Shown one piece after another: positions 31,698 to 42,200 of a stretch of 64,000 nt of DNA. The notes beneath the pieces are model-generated. The model worked only from the letters and a program-made list of their open reading frames with translations. It ran no database searches and was not told where the DNA came from. This DNA comes from a virus: IMG/VR virus record IMGVR_UViG_3300042520_000681, positions 4,095 to 68,094 of that record. One strand, 5' to 3'. Both the position numbers and the translations under genes were made by a program. Each line of letters opens with the position of its first letter. Position 1 is the stretch's first letter.

Positions 31698-31770
31698 TCC
31701 CCCATACTATTATAATATGACTTATTTTCAAGAAATAATTGAAAGAGTTTTATATTTTTGTAAAGTGAGC
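31698..31770. promoter_or_regulatory. divergent promoter pair
   Basis: + strand TTGAAA-N16-TAAAGT (31739-31766), 7 nt before the terL ATG; - strand TTGAAA-N16-TAGTAT. Confidence 0.6.
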
Positions 31771-31773
31771 TAG

Positions 31774-33570
31774 ATGAATTCAGCACCAATTTACGGTGAT
31801 CCACTTGATGGATACCTTCACCTTTACGGGTTTAACTGGAAAAAAGGGACACACCAAATCGCAATCGAACTTGCGATGTTCAGAGAAAAGATTAAAGGGA
31901 GGATTCCTAAAGATACTGGTGGATACGATATATTCCATCACTTCCAAAGAATCGCCAAGGCTCTCTGGCCTGAGAAAGATAGCAAGTCAACAGTAAACTT
32001 CATCTGGCATCCTTGGGCAGAACGAATGATCCGAGCTGCTTGCAATCACGAATACCTTGCAATCGCTGGCTCTGGTGGTTGCGGTAAATCGGAGGCTTAC
32101 GCAATATGGGCAATCGTGAACTACCTAGCCGATCCAGAGAACACAACAGTCCTTGCTACCTCCACGACAATCAAGGCATCCAAGCAGCGTATCTGGGGTA
32201 AGATTACTAGGTATTGGGGAGTATGCGAACAGCTAGGTTTGCCGGGGCATCTTGTGGATTCGGAGAATAAGATCAGTTATGTAGGCAAGGATGGCAAGCG
32301 TTCTGACTTGTCTGGCATTGTTCTTATCCCCGGTGAAAAGAAGAAGGAGCGTGACGCTACTGGCAAGATGCAGGGTATCCACAACAAGAATGTTATCTTT
32401 GTTGCTGACGAGTTATCTGAGCTATCTGAGGCTATTACAGAGGTTGCATTCTTCAACTTGTCCAAGGGTTGCGAACGCTTTCAGTTCATCGGAATCTCCA
32501 ACCCTGCCTCGTATGTGGATGCGTTTGGAAAGTTCGCCAAGCCTAAAGATGGATGGGAAACTATTACTGTTGACGATGAAGAATGGGCCACTTCCCGTGG
32601 AGTATGCTTGCACTTCGATGGGTTGAAAAACCCAAACATGATAGCCAAGAAAAAGATTTATTCTTGGATGGAGGGTCCGCAGGATTTTGAGAAGATTCCA
32701 GAAGAGGCTAAGAATACATCCTCGTTTTGGCGAATGTATCGTGGCTTCTGGTGTCCTGCTGGTATTACAGATCAGATTTATTCCGAGGTCGAGATACTTA
32801 ACTCTAAGGCTACCGACAAAGCCGTATGGCTTGATAACGAGAAAACCAAGGTCGCCTTCCTCGATCCATCCTTCACTAATGGTGGAGATAGAACGGTTCT
32901 TTACTTTGGGACGGTTGGCAAGCTGGCAGAGCCACATGGATACAAGGGTCTGCAATACGATGAGTTCTTGGTCTTCCAAGAGGATGTCACAGACCAATCC
33001 ATGACTCGTTCTCAGCAGGTAGTTCAATGGTTCCGTAATGAGTGTCTAGCTAGGGGTGTTCAGCCTCGTAATGCAGGATACGATAAGTCCGGCGCTGGTG
33101 GGCCTCTAGGCGACTTTATATCCGTTGCTTGGTCAAAGGATGTGTATGGCTTGCAGTTCGGCGGCAGGGCTTCAGATCAGCCTGTATCGGCATACGATCC
33201 AACCCCGTCACACGAAAGGTATGTCAACTCGGTTTCCGAGATTTGGTATTCCTGCAAGGAGTATATGCGGACTGGTCAAGTCAAGGGTATCGGCGATGAG
33301 TTGATGCGAGAGATGTGTATGCGGAAACTTGATCCTAATGGAGAGAAGAACCTAGCATTACGCATTAAGGTTCTGCCTAAGTCTGAGATGAAACAACGAT
33401 TCGGCATATCTCCTGACATTGCAGATGCGGGGATGGGACTACTCGCCTTGGCTAGAGAGAGGCTTAACCTAGATAGCAGCACAGCTACAAAGGCTCTTAA
33501 TCCTAACAATAAGTCTGACTCTAAAGGCTGGAAGCAAGCCTTCAGTAAGTTTAAGGCTATTTATGGTTAA
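31774..33570 (+). CDS. terL: terminase large subunit
   Basis: Walker A GSGGCGKS, Walker B VIFVADE, ISNP, nuclease LDPS...GGD, YD.SG.G, SPDIADA. Confidence 0.92.
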   Translation: MNSAPIYGDPLDGYLHLYGFNWKKGTHQIAIELAMFREKIKGRIPKDTGGYDIFHHFQRIAKALWPEKDSKSTVNFIWHPWAERMIRAACNHEYLAIAGSGGCGKSEAYAIWAIVNYLADPENTTVLATSTTIKASKQRIWGKITRYWGVCEQLGLPGHLVDSENKISYVGKDGKRSDLSGIVLIPGEKKKERDATGKMQGIHNKNVIFVADELSELSEAITEVAFFNLSKGCERFQFIGISNPASYVDAFGKFAKPKDGWETITVDDEEWATSRGVCLHFDGLKNPNMIAKKKIYSWMEGPQDFEKIPEEAKNTSSFWRMYRGFWCPAGITDQIYSEVEILNSKATDKAVWLDNEKTKVAFLDPSFTNGGDRTVLYFGTVGKLAEPHGYKGLQYDEFLVFQEDVTDQSMTRSQQVVQWFRNECLARGVQPRNAGYDKSGAGGPLGDFISVAWSKDVYGLQFGGRASDQPVSAYDPTPSHERYVNSVSEIWYSCKEYMRTGQVKGIGDELMREMCMRKLDPNGEKNLALRIKVLPKSEMKQRFGISPDIADAGMGLLALARERLNLDSSTATKALNPNNKSDSKGWKQAFSKFKAIYG

Positions 33571-34124
33571 ACAATAAGTCCTTGAAACTTATCTCGGTGG
33601 AATATAACTGATTCACTTCTAATCATATTCCTATCTCTTGGAAACATATGAGGATTTAACCCATTCGTGTAATCTCCGTAAGAGTGCTGTATTAGGTTGG
33701 TGAATGAAACAAGTGGTTTTATATTCTTGATAATCCATCCATCCCATCCGTCTCTTTCAATTCCCTTTGGGATTAATTTCCTAGCAATACCTCCATACAC
33801 ACCGATCCCGCCAATCATATCGTGAGGTGGATGAGAATCTGACGATAGCATTATTGGCTTTCCGAGTTTCGTATATTCTCGCTCAAGCGCATAAAGCCAT
33901 CCAACCTTTAGAGGTATGCTATCAGGCTCTAACCACGCAAATGGTTCTGAACCCATAGCATTAAATGCCTGCTGTAATGCGTGATTATTTCTTTCTGGAT
34001 ATGACACTACAAGCCCATCATTTATGATAACTTTTACTTCAGTCCCATCCAATCGCCTGCAATGCTCGATAAGTTTATCAACCTCTTTAACCTGTGAAGC
34101 GGCTTTAACTATTACAGCTTGCAT
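33567..34124 (-). CDS. GT-A-fold glycosyltransferase-like protein
   Basis: YP..NN, FAWLEPDSIP...WL..LE.EY, GIGVY, VIFHRDK. Confidence 0.5.
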   Translation of the reverse strand: MQAVIVKAASQVKEVDKLIEHCRRLDGTEVKVIINDGLVVSYPERNNHALQQAFNAMGSEPFAWLEPDSIPLKVGWLYALEREYTKLGKPIMLSSDSHPPHDMIGGIGVYGGIARKLIPKGIERDGWDGWIIKNIKPLVSFTNLIQHSYGDYTNGLNPHMFPRDRNMIRSESVIFHRDKFQGLIV

Positions 34125-34690
34125 AAAACTATTTCTATAAATGCCTCCACTCCATTTGATTCAATGAATGTTTGATCTACGCTTGATTCGATCTTGTAAT
34201 CGTAATTAGTATCCACAAGCATAGCTCTCTTCGCGTAGCAGTGTGGCTTCAAGTAATCCAAGAACTTGTAGATGTTCACATGATACTTTGCTGGACTCGT
34301 TTCATGCGTGAAACTCCAAGTGCTTTTATGGTCTGGATTGTATCTTGAGGGCCACTTGTTTCCTTCATACAAATCCCAATCAGGAATAGATACAATTAAA
34401 TGCCCACCACTCTTAACAATCTTAATCCACTCAATGATTGCTTCGTATGGATTGTGCATGTGTTCAAGGCATTGAGAGGCGTGTAGGTAATCAAACTTTG
34501 CAGGAAAGTATTTTGAAATACAATTAGCATCTCCGTCATTCATATCAAACGGGATGCAATTGTCATACCAAATCTTATCATCCCCACACCCTACATCAAT
34601 TCCTTTACCACTAAAAATTTCAGACCAGTTGAATACTTGAAGCTCATTTTCAATCAATCTCCTTCGCATTGCCTTACTCGTTTCATTCAT
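34112..34690 (-). CDS. class I SAM-dependent methyltransferase
   Basis: GIDVGCG, FDYLHASQCLEH, W...VK.GG.L...PD. Confidence 0.9.
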   Translation of the reverse strand: MNETSKAMRRRLIENELQVFNWSEIFSGKGIDVGCGDDKIWYDNCIPFDMNDGDANCISKYFPAKFDYLHASQCLEHMHNPYEAIIEWIKIVKSGGHLIVSIPDWDLYEGNKWPSRYNPDHKSTWSFTHETSPAKYHVNIYKFLDYLKPHCYAKRAMLVDTNYDYKIESSVDQTFIESNGVEAFIEIVLCKL

Positions 34691-35634
34691 CCGATCAGTT
34701 CCTTTACTTTCTGTATGGATACAAGCAATCGTTCTGTAATTGGATCAAGAGCAACGAAAGGAAGCGTCTCTGCTACAACCATCTTTTCTATCTCAGATTT
34801 AGGCTTCTCCATTCCCGCTGATTGAGCCTGAATTACCAGCACATCAATTGAGTAACTATTTAATGTTTTTCCGTTTATAGTTAATCTCCAACCGCCGCTT
34901 GGGGTATGCGACTTGTCTATATATCGCTCTGGAGTTTTGGCCGAAACTTGTATGCGTTTTTCTGACAAAACTGTGTCGATCTTTCCATCGTAGCAAAATG
35001 TAGCATTGTCTCGTTTATAGATACAATCTGGAGTCCATAAACAGACTTCTTGTATCGTCCGATGCTTTAGCCCTTCAGCTACGCAATTCGCTGAACTCTG
35101 ATTCCCGATAAAGCATTCCGAGCTATTGATAGCAATCGCAAGTTCAAGATAGTCCTTAACGATCAATCGCTCAACCTTTCCAAATCTCCTACAGAACAAG
35201 TCATACTCGTTGTCGTGTCCAACAAATAGAATTGATTCACCGAGTTGATTAACTATTTCTTTCCACGGGAATAACGGATTAGCATATCTATTCGTCTTGT
35301 TAACAATAATCCTGCCTTTGAACTTATTATCCTTTGGACAAAAAAGCCACTGTTTATTTAAATCTGTATGCTGTTTTATCCATCTGGCGTGTAGCTCTGC
35401 AAGCGGAACGCCATACGGGAGTCCGCCATTTCTGAAATCAACAAAGGATTTATCTATTTTATATATAAGTTTCTTGCCACACTTGTTTATATATGGCTGA
35501 TGCTCGATTAGTGGGGCAAGCATCCTTATAGCATTTGGATTATTTTGAATGTAGTAGTTCCCGCCACCTGCTGCTTGGACTGATGCCAAGCTAAGAATAA
35601 TATCCCCTAAATCTCGTTCATGTAAAAAGTTCAT
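34687..35634 (-). CDS. GT9-like (heptosyltransferase-fold) glycosyltransferase
   Basis: LGDIILS, FVG...E, FIGNQSS....AEGL. Confidence 0.75.
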   Translation of the reverse strand: MNFLHERDLGDIILSLASVQAAGGGNYYIQNNPNAIRMLAPLIEHQPYINKCGKKLIYKIDKSFVDFRNGGLPYGVPLAELHARWIKQHTDLNKQWLFCPKDNKFKGRIIVNKTNRYANPLFPWKEIVNQLGESILFVGHDNEYDLFCRRFGKVERLIVKDYLELAIAINSSECFIGNQSSANCVAEGLKHRTIQEVCLWTPDCIYKRDNATFCYDGKIDTVLSEKRIQVSAKTPERYIDKSHTPSGGWRLTINGKTLNSYSIDVLVIQAQSAGMEKPKSEIEKMVVAETLPFVALDPITERLLVSIQKVKELIG

Positions 35635-35636
35635 TA

Positions 35637-36263
35637 CTATCCTTTCTTCCAGCAATAATTTATATCGTCAAAATCTTTCTTAATATCCTCGCTCAATCCC
35701 TGCCTCTGAATGTCAATCGGAACATGAACAGCCGCCTTGAGAGAACAACTGCAAACAAGGCAGGCTCCAAGCCTATCATCGTATTGTGTCTTTCTTTTGC
35801 CTATAACGCCCTGTATGAGCGTTAGCACCGCACCCATGCAAGCACCGCAGGAGAACTGCAAAGTCGTGTTAAACGGGCAACCAACGCAAATGCCAGCCCT
35901 TCTATCAGCCTCCTCTTGAGATACGAAGGCATCCTTGCCGGATAAGGTTGATTGCACCCAGATTCGCATCATGTTCAAGAACGAAAGAACGGCAGTCAAA
36001 GATAGCCTTCTGCGGGTTACTTTTTTAGAGCTATTCGGAATGCACTTTGATCCCCAGCTTGGATTCTGTTTACACATTTCAGATAAGAATTCTTCCTCCC
36101 AGTTTGGAGACAGCAAAATCCCATTAGCGTTGCAGTGGGATTTGTATGCATTGGTTATCGCTCGATAGTCGTAGTGTTTAAACTCAACCCCAGTTTGTGG
36201 AACTTTAATTCTCCAGTTCCCAGAAGGGGAACTAGACTTGTCTATCAGTTCATATTCGATCAT
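35637..36263 (-). CDS. Cys-rich hypothetical protein
   Basis: RR..IC..CP.N, C..C, C.VC.C.LKA zinc-binding pattern. Confidence 0.65.
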   Translation of the reverse strand: MIEYELIDKSSSPSGNWRIKVPQTGVEFKHYDYRAITNAYKSHCNANGILLSPNWEEEFLSEMCKQNPSWGSKCIPNSSKKVTRRRLSLTAVLSFLNMMRIWVQSTLSGKDAFVSQEEADRRAGICVGCPFNTTLQFSCGACMGAVLTLIQGVIGKRKTQYDDRLGACLVCSCSLKAAVHVPIDIQRQGLSEDIKKDFDDINYCWKKG

Positions 36264-39200
36264 TGTCTCATGCGCTTAACCGCTTGGACTGCCATATCCG
36301 ATGCACCCTTCACTTTGAAGTCACCAGCGGAGTAGCCTCTTGCGTATTTTTCAAGCTCATCATCGTAATCGCTTGGCTTCATTCTTTCAAGTTTTGATCT
36401 GTTTTTAAACATTCGATCCGACATTACTTTCCCGTATTCACGGACATATGACTCAAACTCATCATCTGTAAGAATGTCTCCGAATCTCTTTTGAGCATTT
36501 GTTCTAGTTGGGATTGAGGGTCCACCACCTTGCTTTAGAATAAGCTCATTCAGTTCGTTCATTGGTGTATTTTTCGGGAACGAGAATACAACAGGAACTC
36601 CTAGCTTAAATAGCTTGTCGCCCCAGTCATCAGCCCTGACTGGTTGGCCTAGAGCGTTAAGAGCTTTAGCGCCCATCCACGGCCCAACAATCGGTGTATT
36701 TGCGTAGATAGCTCCCTCGACTGAAGACCTATCGACTGGATCGTTTATGAAATCAGTAATGTTCCTTGCGACAGATGTTCCGAGAAACGGGATAAATGTC
36801 TTTCCAAAGTATCCAGCTTGGCTCGCAAGTTCCTCTGTTACTCTTCCGTCTTTAGATGCATCGAACAGTGGTTTGGTGAAAGCAGCATACGGGCCTCTCT
36901 GTGCAAGAGCAAAGAATGATGATCCAAGCATGGATGCCATTGCGCTTAAATCTTCAGGCTCTTTCTTCGTGTCGTTCTGCTTCTTCTTAATTTCCCAGTC
37001 ATCCATAGCTCCAGCAAGCATGATCGGGAAGAATAAAGCTTCACCACCGCGCCCGATGTTAATTGGGATAATTGTATCTCCAACTACAATATGGATGCTG
37101 TATGGCTTCCACTTCTTGTTCCATGAGTCAAAGTATTGCCTGTCCGTTGTGGCACTGGGGCCGTTACCTGTAATAACAATCCTAAACTGCCTGTCGTCTT
37201 CATCGTCGGATGATCCAGCTCTCAATGCGGCAAGGCCAAGCATAACGATTGAACCCGCAATAGCTTCTGTTAGCCTTTGCTTGAATTGAGCGTCTGTTTG
37301 AAGAGACATTGCGTATGGAGAGTCTTGTCCTTTATTCTTTTTCATGTTATCAACCCAGAGTCTAACGAACCCATACGGACTAAACCAAGCAACATTGTGA
37401 AACACTCTAGCTGGAACCAATGCGAATCCGTAAAGCATCTTTGAGAAAATCTGCATTCCAGAACCTTGTCTTGCTGCACCAGAAGCTATTGTTTGCAAGA
37501 ATGAAATCGGAAGATATGACAACATTCCTTCGTCAGAAAGGTTTGTGGTTTCATTTTCTGCGCCCTTGATTGTAATCGCCTTGTTTCTACCTACAGAAAG
37601 AAGCGCATCATTGATCGAGGCATCAAGAGTATCTATCGGGCTTATTCCTTCTGAAGATAGGGCAGAGATAACTTCAGATTTAACCGCCAAGTCTGCCAGC
37701 ACTCCAGCACGATCCCTTGGCATCCCGCTGGCTATGCTTTCTGCAATAACTCTCCGCTTTGTATGGAGAACCATATTCGCAAACTCTTTCAGCTTATCTT
37801 TAGGAATCTTGCCTTTAGTGTTGGCAGCTAGAGCCTCCATCGCATATCGAGTAATATTCTGATTCTCCAGCATGGCGATTGCGCCTTGGTCAAGAGATGA
37901 AAGGACTCGCCCTGTAATCTGCGTCATACCTACAGCCATGTTCACAAATCCAGCGGCATACTCTCCGTTAGCCCACTGCTTCTTGCCTTTATCGAAAAGC
38001 TCCCTCAATACATTCTGACCTTGCAAATATTCGACAACATCATTTAAGTAAATTTGATTCTTGAAAGCGTAAGATGTCTGGTCATACCAAGACCTCATGC
38101 TGTCGAGGAATGATTCAAATGCTATTGGAATTCTAGCTGGATCGGTGAAAGCGTATTTACCGATGTCAGTCATCATATTCCTAACGGTAAATCCAATCGG
38201 AGATGCAATGTTGACAGTTACTGTCGGGATACCCATCAGTGCGTTTCCAACATAATAAGCACCTAGAGCATCCTTAAATCTTACGGGAAGTTTAGCATCA
38301 ACGATAATCTTGTTAAGGTCACTCATCGCTTCGCGGCGAGTCACATCATCGTTATCTGGGTTGTTGATTATATTGTCTAGCTGGACGATCTTCTCAAATT
38401 GTTCCTTCGTAAATCCATCCCATCCGTTCTCTTTCGCAATAACGCTTTCAATAGTTTTAGAAGGATCGAGAACACCAGTTCTAATTGCGACTTGAATCTT
38501 CTTCAGCGAGTCTTTCGCCATGCGACTGTTTCTTGAAAGATAGTTATTCCAAGGTGCTGATCTTCCTAGAGTTTCTTCAAATGCCTTTTGTTTCGCTGCA
38601 ACGAATCTCTCGGACAGAATACTGTCGTATAGTTTAGCGGCAGTCGTAGCGGCATCTCCAGTAAGCCCTGCTTGCTCAAGGTAGCCTTTGATAACTTTCT
38701 CTATCCAGCCGGGAGTCTGCTGTTCCTCAAGCGGGGTATTCTTAATGCTCGCAATCATCTCCTTGAGCGAACCTTTCTTGAGAAGGGTTTCCAGCTTCTT
38801 CGTTATGTTCCTCTTGGTGCGCTTTTCAATTTTCTCTACATCAGAAGCAACCTCTTCTGGAGTTCCAATCGTTGCGTTATCAGCGGCATCTATCGCATCG
38901 GATACAGCATCAACCTGCTCCTTGGTAGGATTCCCTCTTGCAAATATCTCTGCGGCTGTTCTGTCTCTCTTGGCTTTCTGCTCAACTTTAAGTGCGCCGT
39001 ATCCATCAATGTCGTATTCTCTGGCAGCTCTCAATGCCTCGCCAGCTTCCTTTCTTCCTCCAGCCCTGTTATCTACTGGCATACGATTAATTCTGCGAAC
39101 CAAGAATGAAAGCATTGTAGAGTCACCCAAGGCTGCTAATTTCGCGGAGTAATTCGCTAGAGATACAGAGAACAAACTAGCACCCATCCTAGAATCGGAA

Positions 39201-42200
39201 TTCGTCTCAACATCTACAAGATCGTTAATCTGACCAGCCAAATTGTTTGCTTCTCCAGATTTAATGTCTAGCAATCTGGATATGTATAGCCAAGCATTCT
39301 TAGTTGCCTCATCAGATACAGTCGTTCCGTCAAAGAAGTTCTTTCTCAAGACTTCATTCGTTTGTTTGATGATTCCAACTGGAGTCGTGATGATGGGAGT
39401 CCCGCGATCAGTTCTTCCTGCTACTTGTTCCGTGCGAGGCTCTGCTTCTACCGCCATCATTCTTGGCCCTTCAACTTCTCCTTCTCTGACAATCTCCTCG
39501 CCAGCGGCAAAGCGTCTCTTAGCCGTGGATAGGATAGCAAGTGCCGTCCTATTCGGATCGGACATTTGGAAGTTCTTACCAAATACTTTATTTGCGAATG
39601 CCTTCAGCGCATCAAGCACAGCATTCCAAAGGCTTCTGCGTTGCGGATTAACGATTGTATAGGAAGTGAATGCAATAACTTTACTCTCTTCGATTTGGGA
39701 TTCTTCAGTCTCCTCGTTATAGCTTTCTTCTACGATCTTATCTATCTTCGCTTTGTCTTCTGGTGAAAGAGAGTTGTAGAAATTATCGAATGCCGCCTTA
39801 AATTTCTTATCTCCGAATGCGTAGTGACCTAGTTCGTGAGCGATGATGTCTCCAACATTCGCGTTCTTTTTAATGTAAGCATTGTTTACAATAAGGATTC
39901 CCAAGTCAGGGTAGTATGCCGCTTGGTATTTTTTCTCTTTATCTACTGCGTCATCCACTACATATACTCGGTCTGGAATCTTTCCACCGAAATACCTTTG
40001 GATTCTTTGGTTCAGTTTAACCTGCCCGTATCTTTCATTCTCTGGAAGCGGGTCTGGCTCTGATGCCATCTTGCGCCTTCTGCTACTGACAGGCTTCATG
40101 TCGTTCTTCTCGACTACTTGCGTCTCGCCTGTCTTCTCGTTCTTTACATTGTAATACTGCTCGCCGAACTTCTTGTCGTTGGCACTCTGCGGGATTACTT
40201 CTTCGATGGTGTATGTCTGCGGACTCTTGCCTAACTTGACTCGGTTGCCTACTGCGATGCCTTCCGGTTGAGCTGGTGTAGTCGTTTGTTTAGATACAAT
40301 ATATCCTTTTGTGCCAATTTCGGCCCTGCCTTCTTGAACATCTAAAATATCAGAAGCGGTTTGATCTATTTGAGAATCCGAATAATTTTCGTTGATCTGC
40401 CAATTAACATCGCCTTTTCTTTTTGCGTTATGACTTTTAATCATTTCGCGGGATGATGCTTTAGCCAAAGATGCAGCATCTTGAAGACTTGCTCCATTAT
40501 CAATTGCTTTACGCATTTCAACAAGACTTGCTGCTTCTATCTGTTCTCTCACGCCTCCAGAGCCAACGGAAGTTCCTCTGCCTCCAGACACTTGATTTGC
40601 TTGTTCGTAAAGACGACCGACTCTTCCTGTTATTAAAGAATCGGATATTGATTTTATATCTGACGCAGGCGCAACCTCTGGCGCGGGAGCTTCTGCGGGT
40701 GCAGCTTCGACGGATTGAGCTTTAGGCTTGAAACTTCTAATATCAACAATCTCGCTTGTGTAAGCTGGTCTGTTTGGCCCCTTTGAAGGTTCAATAGTTA
40801 CAATCCCATCGTAACCTGCATCTCGTATTGCTTGAGATAATTCAGCGCCTGTCTTACCTCCATACTGATTTGATAGAATGTTTTTCCAGTTGGATGAATC
40901 GCCATATCCACCACCAAATTCAACAACAAGCGGGTTTTCAAAACGAACTGTTCCTTTTTCAAATCTTGAGTCAAGATTTTGAGATGCACTTGGCGTTGAC
41001 TCAACCATGTATTTCCCACTAGGTTCAATATCTTGTCCAAATCGTGATCCAAGTTGTGGAGATTTCTCTGTGTTTCGTATTGAGAAAAATTCAAATGGAT
41101 TACCTGTAGTTGGAGTGGTTACAGCTTCTGTTGGTGCAGCTTCCCGCTCAGTAACAACTTGCTCTTCGGCGGTTATGGCAGGCTCTGTTATTCCCGTTCG
41201 GGAAGGTTCTACTACTGGCTCGGTGACTGGTGCGGTTGGTGCAATGGTTGGTTCTGCTTGCTGAGTAGCGATCCTTGCTTGGAATGCAGATGAAGCCGGA
41301 TCGTTTTTAGCGTCCCATGCGCTAACAGTCTGATCTGTAACTCTGTCTGTAATGTCACCGATAGCCATTTCCCTATCTCTTGCCACTCTATCGCCATCTG
41401 TAACAAGACTTCTTCCAGACTCTGTTAGTTTTGGAACTTTTGTTTTTGTAACTAGTCCCGCTTCTTTCGCTGCGGTTATATTTTCTTCCGTTAGAGCGTC
41501 AGCGTTGTATGGTCGGCGACCTGCTTTATCTGAAATTGCTTTAACGATCTCGTATTCAGCAGAAGGTGGTGGAGGTAGCGATGGGTCAAGTGCTGCGAAA
41601 TCACGACCTATTTGACTAGCTTCTTCTCTAGTTGCTGCGCTTTCTGCGCGTTGAATTAGATTTTCAATTTCTGGAGAAACCTGCGGTTCTTCCGCGATAG
41701 TAGGTGTTGGAGTTATCTCGGAAACTTGCGCTCCTTCTTCTGAGACAACAGGTGCTTCAGCAATAGGTGCTGGTGTAACGGCTTCTTCTAGTGCTGGAGT
41801 CGTTACGGGTTCTTGTTCAACAATAGCGGGGGCCGCTGGCTGCGCTAGGATCGCCGCTCCGTCTTCGTTAATAACAGGCTTGCCTTTGACTATATCGACC
41901 AGTCCTGCTTCGGATAGCGCGGAAATCTGTTCGCGGGTTGCCGTGTTATCCGCGACAGACCGCAAACCAAATATTACTTGCCCTTCTTCTTCGCCTCTCG
42001 CTGGAGGCTGTAGGCCACCGCTAACGCCTGCTTCTTCGGTTTCGACTTGAGTTCCGTCTTGAGGTTCTTGACGAACGCCTTCTTGCTGGATGATTTCTTG
42101 AGTGGCATCTGTTGGTATGGGTTGTGCAGTTGGTTCTGCGGGTTGTGTAATATCTAAAGGCTTTCTTCTTATTCCAGAAAATACATCGTATATTCCTTCT

